From positions 2,048,001 through 2,112,000 of the forward strand of contig CAWDXG010000004.1 in the NCBI GenBank assembly GCA_963806225.1: a stretch of 64,000 nucleotides of DNA, read 5' to 3'. The notes beneath the pieces were generated by a model. That model made no database searches. It saw nothing but the letters and a program-made list of their open reading frames with translations, and had not been told where the DNA came from. Origin of the DNA: an uncultured delta proteobacterium. Its GTDB lineage: Bacteria > Myxococcota_A > Polyangia > Polyangiales > Polyangiaceae. Shown piece after piece: positions 19,527 through 29,893 of the stretch (the first letter of the stretch is position 1; each line of letters starts with the position of its first letter). The translations under genes and the position numbers were made by a program.

Positions 19527-21506
19527 ATGAACCGCATCACGAAGATCCTGATCGCCAACCGCGGCGAGATTGCGTCACGTATCCAGCGCACCGCCCGCAG
19601 CATGGGCATCGCGACGGTAGCCGTATTTTCCGACGCCGATGCCGCGGCGCCGTTCGTCCGGAGCGCTGATCAGGCCGTGCGCATCGGTGCGGCACCCAGC
19701 AGCGAGTCGTATCTGTCCATCGAGCGGTTGATCGCGGCGGCCCGGCGCACCGGCGCCGACGCGGTGCATCCGGGTTTCGGCTTCCTGGCGGAGAATGCCG
19801 ACTTCGCCGCCGCCTGCGCAGCCGCCGGCCTCGTCTTCATCGGACCGACGCCGGAAGCGATCCGCTCGATGGGTTCGAAAAAGGAAGCCAAGAAACGCGT
19901 CGGCGCCGCGGGCGTGCCGGTCGTTCCCGGCTATTCCGGCGACGACCAATCCACCAGCGGCCTTTCCGCGGAGGCGGAGCGCATCGGCTTCCCCGTTCTG
20001 ATCAAGGCCAGCGCCGGCGGTGGCGGAAAGGGAATGCGGATCCAGAAGACTGCCGAGGGTCTGGCCGCGGCCATCGATGGCGCCAGGCGCGAAGCGATGA
20101 GCGCCTTCGGCGACGACTTCCTGCTGATCGAGAAGTACGTGGAACGACCACGCCACGTGGAGATCCAGATCCTGGGCGACTCGCACGGCAACCTCGTTCA
20201 CCTGTTCGAGCGCGAGTGCAGCATCCAGCGCCGCCACCAGAAGATCATCGAGGAAACGCCGTCGCCGGCGCTCACGCCGGAGCTCCGCGCGCGCATGGGA
20301 GAAGCCGCCATCGCGGCAGGCCGCTCCGTGGACTACCGGAGCGCCGGCACCGTCGAGTTCATCCTGGCGCCGGACGGACAATTCTATTTCCTCGAGGTCA
20401 ACACGCGCCTGCAGGTCGAGCACCCGATCACGGAGTGCGTGACGGGCATCGACATCGTACGCGAGCAGATCCGGATCGCCGAGGGCGAGGAGCTGGGCCT
20501 GTCCCAGGACGCCGTGCGCTTCGACGGCGCGGCCATCGAGTGCCGGCTGTACGCGGAGGACCCGGACAACGATTTCCTGCCGACCAGCGGGACGATCGTC
20601 GACTGGCACCTGCCGCCGCTCGACGGGCTGCGCGTGGACAGCGGGATCGAGACCGGCTCGGAGGTGAGCATCCACTACGATCCCATGCTGGCGAAGATCA
20701 TCACGCATGCGCCGACCCGCCCCGAGGCCGTCCAGAAGATGGCCCGCGCGCTCCAGACGCTGAGCGTGCAGGGCATCCACACCAACCGCGTCTTCCTGCT
20801 GCGCGTGCTGTCGCATCCGGAGTTTTCCGCGGCTCACACGCATACGCACTTCATCGAAGAGCATCTGTCCGGCGAGGCCAGCGACAAACCGGACCCGGCG
20901 CGTGAACGGCTCGCCGCCATCGCCGCGACGCTCGCCTCGCACGAGGCGCGCCGCCAGCAACGCAGCGTGCTTCCCGCCCTGCCCTCCGGCTATCGCAACA
21001 ACCGCTATGCTCCCGAATCGGTCGACTACCAGGCGATGGAGCGCGCGCTGCGCGTCGAGTACGTGCCGGCCGGCTCCCGGCGCTTCCACATGACAGTGGA
21101 CGGGGAGCAGAGCGAAGTCCTGCTTTTTGGCGCGTCGGAGCACGAGATCCGCCTGGAACAGGACGGCCTGCGCCACACCGTGCGGGTGGTGCGGAGCGGC
21201 GCCCGCGTCTTCTGCCACACCCTCGACGGGTCGGTGACGCTGGTCGAGGAGCCGCGCTTTCCGGAGCCGGAAAGCGCAGTGGCGCACGGGGCATGCGTCG
21301 CGCCGATGCCCGGCAAGGTCGTCAAGTTGCTCGTGGCCGAAGGCCAGGAAGTCCAGGCGGGTGACGTGCTGGTGATCCTCGAGGCAATGAAGATGGAACA
21401 CTCGGTCAAGGCTCCCGAGAGCGGCATGGTCGAGAAGGTCCTGGTCAGCGAAGGCGAGCAGGTCGACGTCGATGCGGTGCTCGCCGTGATCCACGCCCCG
21501 GACTGA
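19527..21506 (+). CDS. Acyl-CoA carboxylase alpha subunit (biotin carboxylase + BCCP)
   Basis: ILIANRGEIA, RECSIQRRHQK, EVNTRLQVEH, EAMKM. Confidence 0.96.
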   Translation: MNRITKILIANRGEIASRIQRTARSMGIATVAVFSDADAAAPFVRSADQAVRIGAAPSSESYLSIERLIAAARRTGADAVHPGFGFLAENADFAAACAAAGLVFIGPTPEAIRSMGSKKEAKKRVGAAGVPVVPGYSGDDQSTSGLSAEAERIGFPVLIKASAGGGGKGMRIQKTAEGLAAAIDGARREAMSAFGDDFLLIEKYVERPRHVEIQILGDSHGNLVHLFERECSIQRRHQKIIEETPSPALTPELRARMGEAAIAAGRSVDYRSAGTVEFILAPDGQFYFLEVNTRLQVEHPITECVTGIDIVREQIRIAEGEELGLSQDAVRFDGAAIECRLYAEDPDNDFLPTSGTIVDWHLPPLDGLRVDSGIETGSEVSIHYDPMLAKIITHAPTRPEAVQKMARALQTLSVQGIHTNRVFLLRVLSHPEFSAAHTHTHFIEEHLSGEASDKPDPARERLAAIAATLASHEARRQQRSVLPALPSGYRNNRYAPESVDYQAMERALRVEYVPAGSRRFHMTVDGEQSEVLLFGASEHEIRLEQDGLRHTVRVVRSGARVFCHTLDGSVTLVEEPRFPEPESAVAHGACVAPMPGKVVKLLVAEGQEVQAGDVLVILEAMKMEHSVKAPESGMVEKVLVSEGEQVDVDAVLAVIHAPD

Positions 21507-21550
21507 CCGGCCATGGCACCGGACGCCCTTGCCGGGCTAGGCTGGGCGGC

Positions 21551-24302
21551 ATGCACGGACCCTGGTCCAGGCTTGGCCTCGCCTGCGCGCTGATGCTCGT
21601 GGGCTGCGGCGGAAAGCCGGAAGCGGCACAGCCGCCCCCGGATTCCGCCGTATGTACCGCCGCCCGAATCGTGCGATCCGGTCGACCTGGCTCACCTGCA
21701 GAGCTTTGCGCCGTGCTCCACGGGCGGCGGCATCTTCGGACAGTGGGTGGTCGACGATCAGGGGCTGCCCGCCTACGACTACGGCCTCGACGAGAACGCC
21801 GACCCGCGCGCTGCATACGACAACAGCGAAAAGGACGCGGACGGCAACATGCTGGACCGCCGCGACCACTGGGCCGCGTTCGGCAACCGCCGCGTCAACG
21901 CCATGGCGTACAACGACGGCTATATCGAGGTCGTCGACCAGGACCGCGGCGTCGAGTACCTCGACAAGTTCGACGAGAGCCAGCAGAGCTACGCTGGCGG
22001 CTTTTCGTGGATCGACGACGGGCACAGCACCTGGTGCACCGCGTACAAGTGGCGCCCGCGCGGTTCGAAAACGACGCGGCGCTTCGGCATGGGGTACGCC
22101 GAGTCGAGTATGGATTACCGCGGCATCCTGCTCACGCGCCGCACGACCGCGCCGCCCGGCGACGCGCCGGTCGTGCTCAGCGACGTAGAGCTCGACAACC
22201 ACTCCAGCTCCACGAAGAAGCTCCGGTACTACGAGTACTGGGACGTCGGGCGCCGCCCGATCGAGATCAACTGGGTCGTCTCCGGCTCGTCGCTTCCCCT
22301 GGCCCCTGCGACGGCACGGACGCAGCGCGACGCGCAAAACGGCATGTTCGACGAGAGCGTGAGCTACGACCCCGCCGCAGAGCTGCTCGGCCTGCGCCGC
22401 AAGTACACCGGTGCCGACACGCGCCCGGCACCGGATGCGCCGGACCCCGTCGACTACTACCCGGCCGATCCGTTCCTGGCCGAGGTCGTCGGAACGCCGA
22501 GCGACGTGTACACGGACCAGGCGTCCTTCTTCGGACAGGGCGGCGTGGGCGCGCCAGAAGCGGTGACGAAACGGCAGCCCGGCCAGGGCGTCGGCGGCGG
22601 AGCGCTGGGCAAGACGACAAACGGCCAGGGCCAGCCGCGCACGTTCGTGATCCGGAGCGACATCACGCTCGCGCCGGGCGAGTCGAAGACGCTGCGTTTC
22701 GCCTACGGCTATGCCCCCATCGGAGAGAGCTTCGCCATCGACAAGAAATGGCGCGAGCCGGGCTACGACACGCGCGCCGACTACGAAAAGGCGCTCGAGC
22801 CGCGTCTCTTCTATTTCGGCGCCGATCGCGATCCGTTCCTGCACCGCGAGATGGCCTGGCACTCCTACCAGGTGGAAACCTCGGTCGGTCGGCGCGACTA
22901 CTTCCAGGGGCACGTGGTGCCGCAGGGCTCGGCGTACCTGTACCTGCACGGCGCGGACGGCGCCGCGCGCGACCTGGCACTGTTCGCGGTGCCGATCGTG
23001 TACACGGATCCTGCTCTGGCCAAGGAAGAGCTCGAGCTGATGATGCGGATCCAGTATCCGTCGGACGGGCACTTCTCCTACGCCTTCCAGGGCAACGGCA
23101 TGCTCGACGACGCCGGCATCCACAAGGACCCGAGCGATCTCGGCATCTTCTTCGCCTGGGCGCTCGGCGAGTATCTCGGCGCGACCGGCGACCTCGCGTT
23201 CCTCGACGAGCAGGTGCCGTACTGGCCACGCGACGCGGGGCCAGCCGCCACGGTGTACGAGCACCTGGTCGCGGCGCTCCGCCACCAGCTGGACGATGTG
23301 GGCACGGGCGCGCACGGCCTGATCCGTCTGCAGAGCGGCGACTGGAGCGACGGCATCGCGATGGAGGCCCCCGATCACACGCTGGCAGTGCAGAAAGGCG
23401 AGAGCGTTCCGAACACGCAGATGGCCGTCGCTGTGTTCCCTCGCATCGCCGATCTGATCGAGCCGCGCGACGCAGCACTCGCTACCGAGCTCCGCACGGC
23501 CGTGCAGGGCTACCGCACGGCACTGGCCGGCACCTGGAACGGCAAGTTCTTCTATCGGGCGTACTTCGGTGACAACAAGCCCGCCTACGACAGCACCATC
23601 AATCTGGAGTCGCAGATCTGGGCGCTCATTGGCGGCACCTTCAACGCGCCCGGCGACCGCAAGATCCTGATCGACACCATCGCGAAGAAGCTCGACGACC
23701 CTTCTCCCACCGGTGCCACGCTCACGCCGGGCGCCCAGGTGTGGCCCGCCATCAGCGCGCCACTCACCTGGGGCTACGCTCTGAGCGATCCCGCTCGCGC
23801 GTGGAAGCACCTGGCGAAAAATACGATGGCCGCCCACGCCCTGGCGTTTCCCGAGGTCTGGTACGGCATCTGGAGCGGAGCCGACGGCATGAGCTCGAAG
23901 AGCGGTCGCACCTGGCAGAGCCAGGTCACGCCGATGCGGGATTTTCCGGTACAGAACAACAACCAGCACACGATGCCGATCCTCGCCGCTCTGCGCGTCG
24001 CGGGCATCGAGGCGAACGCCTCGGGGCTCGTGATCTCGCCGTACGTGCCGGGACGGAAGTTCTCGCTCCAGAGCGGGCTGGTCGACGTGTCGCAGCGAGG
24101 CGACACGCTCGACGGCAGCTACCGTCCCACCGGCAACACTGCGCGCAAGCTGGTTGTGGATGCGCCGGCCGGAGAGCACGTCACGAAGGCCCTGCTCGAC
24201 GGCACGCCCATCGCGGTACCGGCCGGTGCCCAGAGCGTCGCCTTCGACATCGCCGCTGCCGGCGGCAAGGCGTTTTCCTTCCGCGTGGTGACGGCGAAGT
24301 AG
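21551..24302 (+). CDS. GH94/GH36-like glycoside phosphorylase-fold lipoprotein, apparent frameshift at ~21641
   Basis: LVGC lipobox. Removing one G gives PPPIPPYVPPPESC in frame with 21747-24302. Motifs GAARD, GDWSD, ES, WNGKFFYRAY. Confidence 0.65.
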
Positions 24303-24306
24303 CGCC

Positions 24307-25005
24307 TCACGGCAGGTCGAACAGCAAAACTTCCGACGACTCGTTCGCGGTGATCCGCAGCTCGTCTTCCTCGGCGATGGCGACGCCGTCGCCGGCTTCG
24401 ATGCGATGCTCTTCGAGCTGTACGGAACCGCGCGCAATCTGCAACCAGGCACGACGGGCGCCGTCGATGCGGTACTCGATGGTCTTTCCCTCGCCCAGTT
24501 CCGCCGCGTACAGCCGGGCATCCTGCCCGATCGAGAGCGAGCCGTCGGCTCCGTCCTTCGAAACCAGGAGCTGCAGCCGATCACGTCGGCCCTCCGCCTC
24601 GAAGCGCCTCTGATCGTAGCGCGGCCTGAGCCCCCGGCGCTCCGGCACGATCCAGATCTGCATGAAATGCACCGGCTCGTCCTTCGACGCATTCATCTCG
24701 CTGTGCGTCACACCGGTGCCGGCGCTCATGACCTGCACCTCCCCCGGCCGGATCACCCCGCCCGAACCGGTCGAGTCCTGATGCGCGAGCCCGCCTTCCA
24801 GCACGTACGTGATGATCTCCATGTCGCGGTGCGGGTGCCTGCCGAAGCCGGTGCCCGGCGCTACGCGGTCCTCGTTGATCACACGCAGGTGCCCGAACCC
24901 CATGAAGTCCGGGTCGTAGTAGTCCGCGAACGAGAACGTGTGGCGGGTATCGAGCCAGCCGTGGTCGGCACGACCGCGGTCTCCGGAACGGCGGATGTGG
25001 ATCAT
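24307..25005 (-). CDS. Pirin-family protein (YhhW-like)
   Basis: HGWLDTRHTFSFADYYD, HPHRDMEI, HSEMN. Confidence 0.95.
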   Translation of the reverse strand: MIHIRRSGDRGRADHGWLDTRHTFSFADYYDPDFMGFGHLRVINEDRVAPGTGFGRHPHRDMEIITYVLEGGLAHQDSTGSGGVIRPGEVQVMSAGTGVTHSEMNASKDEPVHFMQIWIVPERRGLRPRYDQRRFEAEGRRDRLQLLVSKDGADGSLSIGQDARLYAAELGEGKTIEYRIDGARRAWLQIARGSVQLEEHRIEAGDGVAIAEEDELRITANESSEVLLFDLP

Positions 25006-25703
25006 TTCGTCTCCTGGGAAGCGGAATGTGGGGCCGGGGCAGCCGCCGCACAACCGTGCCACCAGCTACTCACTGTTCCACCCTTTGGACAATCCTCGCC
25101 CACGAGCTCCAGCTGCACCGCCACCTCGCTCTTGACCATGTCGTCCACCACGCCGGGCGCGCGGATGTCGAACAGCCCGCGGTCCAGCGAGAAGTGCGAC
25201 AAGACGACGTAGCGCTTGCCGCTGCGCGCGATGCGCACGGGCAGTGCGATGCTGCGCCGGACGCCATGCAGCGACAGCACGCCGCGCACCCGGTACGTCT
25301 GCGGCTGGTCCGTGTCGCGGGCCACGTGCTCGGTGACGAAACACGCCCGCGGAAAGCGCGCCACGTCGAGGAATGCGCTGGACCGCGCCGCACGCGCTAC
25401 CAGCTGGGTGTCGGCCGACAGCGAGCGGGTGTCGAGCTCGAGCCATAGTCGACTTACGGTGGGGTCCCGCGCCGCCCGCACTTCACCGCGGTAGCGCCCG
25501 AAACGGAGCGTGTAGTCCCCGACCAGCGTCCCAACGTCGACCTCCAGCCGTGAAGCCGACGGGACCAGGCGGTAGCACGCCGTCCCTCCAGGCAGAGGAT
25601 CGGGTTGCCCCGCCTTCACGACCTTCGCCGCGGGCAGCGCGGTTCCGCCGCAGCCGCTGCACAGGGCGAAAAGCGCCGCGCAGGCCGCGGCCCCCCGCAT
25701 CAC
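25002..25703 (-). CDS. YceI-family protein
   Basis: FLDVARFP, GVLSLHGVRR, SLDRGLFDI; signal/lipobox. Confidence 0.75.
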   Translation of the reverse strand: MMRGAAACAALFALCSGCGGTALPAAKVVKAGQPDPLPGGTACYRLVPSASRLEVDVGTLVGDYTLRFGRYRGEVRAARDPTVSRLWLELDTRSLSADTQLVARAARSSAFLDVARFPRACFVTEHVARDTDQPQTYRVRGVLSLHGVRRSIALPVRIARSGKRYVVLSHFSLDRGLFDIRAPGVVDDMVKSEVAVQLELVGEDCPKGGTVSSWWHGCAAAAPAPHSASQETK

Positions 25704-26566
25704 TTCTTGCCCGGCTTCTTGTACAGGAGCACGGACAGAGCGACGTTCTGGTCCCTGGGGTCAGCCTTGCGATCGAGCTGCTGCTCGCCATACAGCGGGA
25801 CGGCGCCACCGAACGACACGAGCCGCGTCCCGTCCACTCCCAGCTTGAGCAGCTGATCCTTGACGGCTCGCGCGCGCTGGGCAGCGAGCAGCGACGACTC
25901 GCCCGCGGCTACGTGTCCCGTGAGCGCCAGACACTGGAGCTCGGGATGCGACGCCAGGGTCTGGGCGATCTGCGAGAGCGTGCCCTGCAGCGCTGCGTCG
26001 ACGTCCGCCGACCCGGTCGCGAACAACAGCTGCTTCGGCAGCTGGATGCCCGGCAGCTGGTCGGGCTTGAGGGGCTTGTCCTGGCTCGATCCCTCGGTCT
26101 CGAGTAGCTGGCAGTTCTTCGGTCCGCTGGCTTCGGCCGCAACCTGGGTCTTGTGCGGGACGAACTCGGGGATCGCCACCTGCACCTTGCCGGGGCTGCA
26201 GGTCGCGTCCGCCAGGTCCGTCTCCTGACATGGCAAAAGAGCGTTGTGCTCCAGATGGTCGCGGAGTTGATCCTCCTGGTCGGCGGGAATGCGGAACTCC
26301 TGGCGCACCTCCGGCGGCGTGAGCGCAGGCGAGGTCGCGTTCGGCTGTGGCTCGTACGAGACCTGGAGCGTCACATAGGAGCGCGGAAACGCCTCCGTGA
26401 TCCGCACCGTGCGTACGGCACCGAGCTTGCACTGCCCCTCCCAATGCTGCGGGCGGCAGTGCGGCGTCGCGCCGCCGCACGCGGGAAGCGCCATGGCCCC
26501 GACGAGGAACGCAGCGACGATGCACCGGACCGCGCGAGCGGCTCCCTTCGAAGAACGATGGTTCAT
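25700..26566 (-). CDS. OmpA-domain lipoprotein
   Basis: LPAC lipobox; LFATGS...LTGH...QRARAVKDQL...GVD. Confidence 0.75.
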   Translation of the reverse strand: MNHRSSKGAARAVRCIVAAFLVGAMALPACGGATPHCRPQHWEGQCKLGAVRTVRITEAFPRSYVTLQVSYEPQPNATSPALTPPEVRQEFRIPADQEDQLRDHLEHNALLPCQETDLADATCSPGKVQVAIPEFVPHKTQVAAEASGPKNCQLLETEGSSQDKPLKPDQLPGIQLPKQLLFATGSADVDAALQGTLSQIAQTLASHPELQCLALTGHVAAGESSLLAAQRARAVKDQLLKLGVDGTRLVSFGGAVPLYGEQQLDRKADPRDQNVALSVLLYKKPGKK

Positions 26567-26622
26567 GCCGGAGCGGAATCTAGATCCGCTCTGCGCGCCC
26601 GGCCACATCAGCCTGGCTCCTG

Positions 26623-27339
26623 CTAGCCGTCGGGCACGCGCGCCAGCCGGCCAGAGAGCTCGTCCAGGGCGCGGCGCTGGTCGATATTGAGTGAAATCCG
26701 CGGCCGGACGCGGGAAAGCCGTGCCACGGCGTCGTCCGGTCCCCGGGCCTCTCGGCGTGCTACCAGCAAGGCCGCGGCAACCAGCGCCGAGCGCCCGTGC
26801 CCGGCGGCGCAGTGGACGTAGAGACGCTGCGACGACTGCGCGAGCCGGCCGACCAGCGTCTCGAACAGCCCGGGAGGCGGCGCCGAGCCGTCCAGCGTCG
26901 GAACGCAGATGTACTCCACACTGTCCGGCAGCCCGCCGATCGCGGGGCTCTCCGCGGTCAGGTCCACGACGCACTCGACGCCGTCGGGCAGCGCCGCGTG
27001 GTTCCGCACGTAGCGGCCGAGCCACAGCCCGGCGGCCACCTCGGTCCACGCGGGCTCGCGCGTGACGAGCGGGACCAGATCGCGGATCGCCCACGCCAGC
27101 ACGAAGTACGGCAGAAAGGCGAGCACGCGAAGCGGGGGCAGTCGACCATCCTGGCGCTTGCCGAATACGCCGGATTCGCCAACCAGGTACGCTGCGGCCA
27201 CGAGCTGGCTCGCCACCGCCGCCCAGAGCAGCACGACGAACGGCAGGAGCCTCGCGCCGCCCGGACCCATCGACAGGGCCGCGCCGAGGAACACCAGCGA
27301 CAGCAGCGCCAGCAGCATCCCATAGCGGCGTCGGGTCAC
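26623..27339 (-). CDS. Membrane-anchored dual-specificity phosphatase (YnbD-like)
   Basis: TM helices; VVDLTAE; HCAAGHGRS (CX5R). Confidence 0.88.
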   Translation of the reverse strand: MTRRRYGMLLALLSLVFLGAALSMGPGGARLLPFVVLLWAAVASQLVAAAYLVGESGVFGKRQDGRLPPLRVLAFLPYFVLAWAIRDLVPLVTREPAWTEVAAGLWLGRYVRNHAALPDGVECVVDLTAESPAIGGLPDSVEYICVPTLDGSAPPPGLFETLVGRLAQSSQRLYVHCAAGHGRSALVAAALLVARREARGPDDAVARLSRVRPRISLNIDQRRALDELSGRLARVPDG

Positions 27340-27431
27340 GCCGGCGGTCTAGCACGCGTTTGCGCCCCCGGGTCCGTTCGGGTACCGCCGGAGAGCCGGC
27401 TGCCTGGGGCCGGAAGACAAGGAGCGCTAGC

Positions 27432-28133
27432 ATGCACGAGATCAAGCTGTCGGCACCGGGCAAGAACGCGATGAGCAGCGAGCTGATGGGCCTCGTCCGC
27501 AGCCAGCTCGAGGCCGCGGCCGGCGCGCCGGTGCTGTTCGTGGGCGACGGCGATGCGTTCAGCGCTGGGCTGGACCTGAAGGAAGTGGGCAGCCTCGACG
27601 CCCCCGGCATGGCGCGCTTCATCGACCTGCTCGAGGACATGGTGCTCGAGCTGTTCACGTATCCCGGCCCCACCGCGGCGTGCGTGAACGGTCACGCCAT
27701 CGCCGGGGGCGCGGTGCTGGCGCTGTGCTGTGATCACCGCGTGGTCACCTCCAATCCCAAGGCGCGCATCGGCCTGAACGAGGTCGCGATCGGCCTCAGG
27801 TTCCCCCCGCGCGTGCTCGCCCTCGCGAAAAACCGCCTGCCGAAGCGCCACCTGGCGGAGGTGCTGCTCGGCGCCTCGCTGCACGACTGCCGGCGCGCCG
27901 TGGAGCTCGGGCTGGCAGACGAAGTCGCCGACGATCCGCACGCCGTCGCCAAGGCGCGCCTCGACGCCCTCGCCGCACATCCCGCCGACGCCTACGCAGC
28001 GACCAAGCTTGCGCTGCGCTCCGGCGTGCTCGGCCCCACACCACAAGAGCGCGCGCGCTTCGAGCGCGACGATCTGCCGGTGTGGACCTCCGAGCCGATC
28101 AAACAGCGCATCCGCTCCATGCTCGCCCGCTGA
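27432..28133 (+). CDS. Enoyl-CoA hydratase/isomerase
   Basis: FSAGLDL, NGHAIAGG, GLNE. Confidence 0.92.
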   Translation: MHEIKLSAPGKNAMSSELMGLVRSQLEAAAGAPVLFVGDGDAFSAGLDLKEVGSLDAPGMARFIDLLEDMVLELFTYPGPTAACVNGHAIAGGAVLALCCDHRVVTSNPKARIGLNEVAIGLRFPPRVLALAKNRLPKRHLAEVLLGASLHDCRRAVELGLADEVADDPHAVAKARLDALAAHPADAYAATKLALRSGVLGPTPQERARFERDDLPVWTSEPIKQRIRSMLAR

Positions 28134-28219
28134 GCGCGCTCTCGGCGCCCCGTGCTCGCCACGTAGCCCTGACTCCCGGCGCCTTGTCGCACCGGCGACC
28201 AGCCGCTACGCTTGCCTGC

Positions 28220-28888
28220 GTGAACTTCTTCGGACACGCGGCGGTCGCCTCCTGGCAGACGCGCGCTCCGGGGTTCGTACTCGGATCCATGTTGCCCGAC
28301 TTCGCAACCATGATCCGCACGCGGCCTCCGGGCACGCGCCACGCCGGAATGCACGACGGCGTGCTGTTCCATCATGTCGTCGACGATATCTTCCACGACG
28401 CACTCGTTTTCCGGGAGCTCTCGCATGACGCGCTTGACTTCCTTCTGGAGCGCGGGGTGACGCGCGGCGCAGCGCGCGCGGTGGCACACATCGGCGTGGA
28501 GATCCTGCTCGACGGCGAGCTGGCCCGCGACGCGTCCGCCCGCGAGGCGTACCTGGCAGCGATCGATGCCGCCGGCGAGAGCGAGCTCGGGCACTTCATC
28601 GAGTGGCGCGATGCTTCTGAGCGCGCGCGCTTCGCGGCCCTCAGGGAGGGGCTGGAAAGCCGCGGCATCAAGCGCGAGCACTCCAGCCCCGAAGCGGTGG
28701 TCTACCGTGTAGCGCGCATGCTGAACGGTCGCCCGCGCTTGGCCCTGAGCACAGAGCACCAGCCGATCGTCCGCGACTGGGCGCGCGCCGCACGGAAGGA
28801 TGTCGCGCGCCGTGCGCCGGAGCTTCTGGCCGGCATCGAGGACGCACTCGCCGACAGATCATCGCGGCGCGTCGCCGCACGAAGCTGA
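28220..28888 (+). CDS. Hypothetical protein, AcpH/zinc-dependent phospholipase-like
   Basis: MNFFGH, GSMLPD, HHVVDDIFH, HIGVEILLD. Confidence 0.6.
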   Translation: MNFFGHAAVASWQTRAPGFVLGSMLPDFATMIRTRPPGTRHAGMHDGVLFHHVVDDIFHDALVFRELSHDALDFLLERGVTRGAARAVAHIGVEILLDGELARDASAREAYLAAIDAAGESELGHFIEWRDASERARFAALREGLESRGIKREHSSPEAVVYRVARMLNGRPRLALSTEHQPIVRDWARAARKDVARRAPELLAGIEDALADRSSRRVAARS

Positions 28889-28893
28889 AGCAC

Positions 28894-29877
28894 GTGGAAA
28901 TGAACGGCAACCTCGAGGTCGAGCATCACACCGCACGTACGCCCGACGGCTGGCTGCTCGAGCTGCGCGCTGCGCGCTCGCCTGCCCATTTCGCGGGCGG
29001 GCTCCCCGTCGTCATCGTGCCCGGCTACGGCATGAACTCGTTCATCTTCAGCTTCCACCCGAAAGGCACCAGCATGGAGCGCTCGCTCTGCGAGGCCGGC
29101 TTCGAGGTCTGGTCGCTGAACCTGCGCCGGCAGGGTGGCTCGCGGGAGCTCCGTCCGGATGCGGGCGAACCGTCGCTGCGCGCCTACGCCGAGACGGACC
29201 TGTGCGCCGCGCTCGACACGGTCCTCGAGCGCACGGCCACGCGGGCGGACAAGGTGCAGCTCATCGGCGCGAGCCTCGGGGGCTCGCTCGCCTACGCGCA
29301 TCTGGCGCTGGTGCCGGAGCACCGCGTCGCCGGTGTCGTCGCCATCGGCGCACCGCTCAGGTGGGAGGCTCTGCATCCCGCCCTGGCCCTCGCCTTCCGC
29401 TCGCCGCGGCTGGTCGGCATGCTCCGGTTTTCCGGCACGCGCAGGCTCGCGCGCACAGTGCTGCCGCTCGCTGCGCGCATCCCGCACGCGCTCGATATCT
29501 ACATGAACGCATCGCACGTGGATCTGTCGCGGGCGAGAGAAATGACCCAGACGGTGGAGGACCCGATCCCGCGGGTCAACCGCGACATCGCCAAGTGGAT
29601 CGGCGAGCGCGACATGGTCCTCGCCGGCACCAACGTCACCGAGGCGCTGCGCGGTTGCACGCTTCCGCTGCTGTGCGTGCTGTCGAACCGTGACGGCATC
29701 GTGCCGACACCCGCCGCACTCAGTGCCGCGAAAATCTGGGCGGAACCCGCCGTGCAGGTGCTCGGCATCGGCGACGACGACAACTGGTTTTCCCACGCCG
29801 ACCTGTTCGTGGCCGACGAGGCGCCCGGCCTGGTCTTTTCTCCCATTGCGAGCTGGCTGGCACGGCAACAGGGCTAG
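28894..29877 (+). CDS. Alpha/beta hydrolase
   Basis: GASLGG nucleophile elbow, DGIVP, SHAD. Confidence 0.88.
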   Translation: MEMNGNLEVEHHTARTPDGWLLELRAARSPAHFAGGLPVVIVPGYGMNSFIFSFHPKGTSMERSLCEAGFEVWSLNLRRQGGSRELRPDAGEPSLRAYAETDLCAALDTVLERTATRADKVQLIGASLGGSLAYAHLALVPEHRVAGVVAIGAPLRWEALHPALALAFRSPRLVGMLRFSGTRRLARTVLPLAARIPHALDIYMNASHVDLSRAREMTQTVEDPIPRVNRDIAKWIGERDMVLAGTNVTEALRGCTLPLLCVLSNRDGIVPTPAALSAAKIWAEPAVQVLGIGDDDNWFSHADLFVADEAPGLVFSPIASWLARQQG

Positions 29878-29893
29878 GTGTTAGCGTTCGCGC

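Noticed and set aside
21537..24692. Very long antisense/alternate ORFs (also 19575-21494, 34702-36915, 48451-50691, 54498-56549)
   Set aside because: Shadow ORFs expected at high GC; the opposite frame has clear family motifs.
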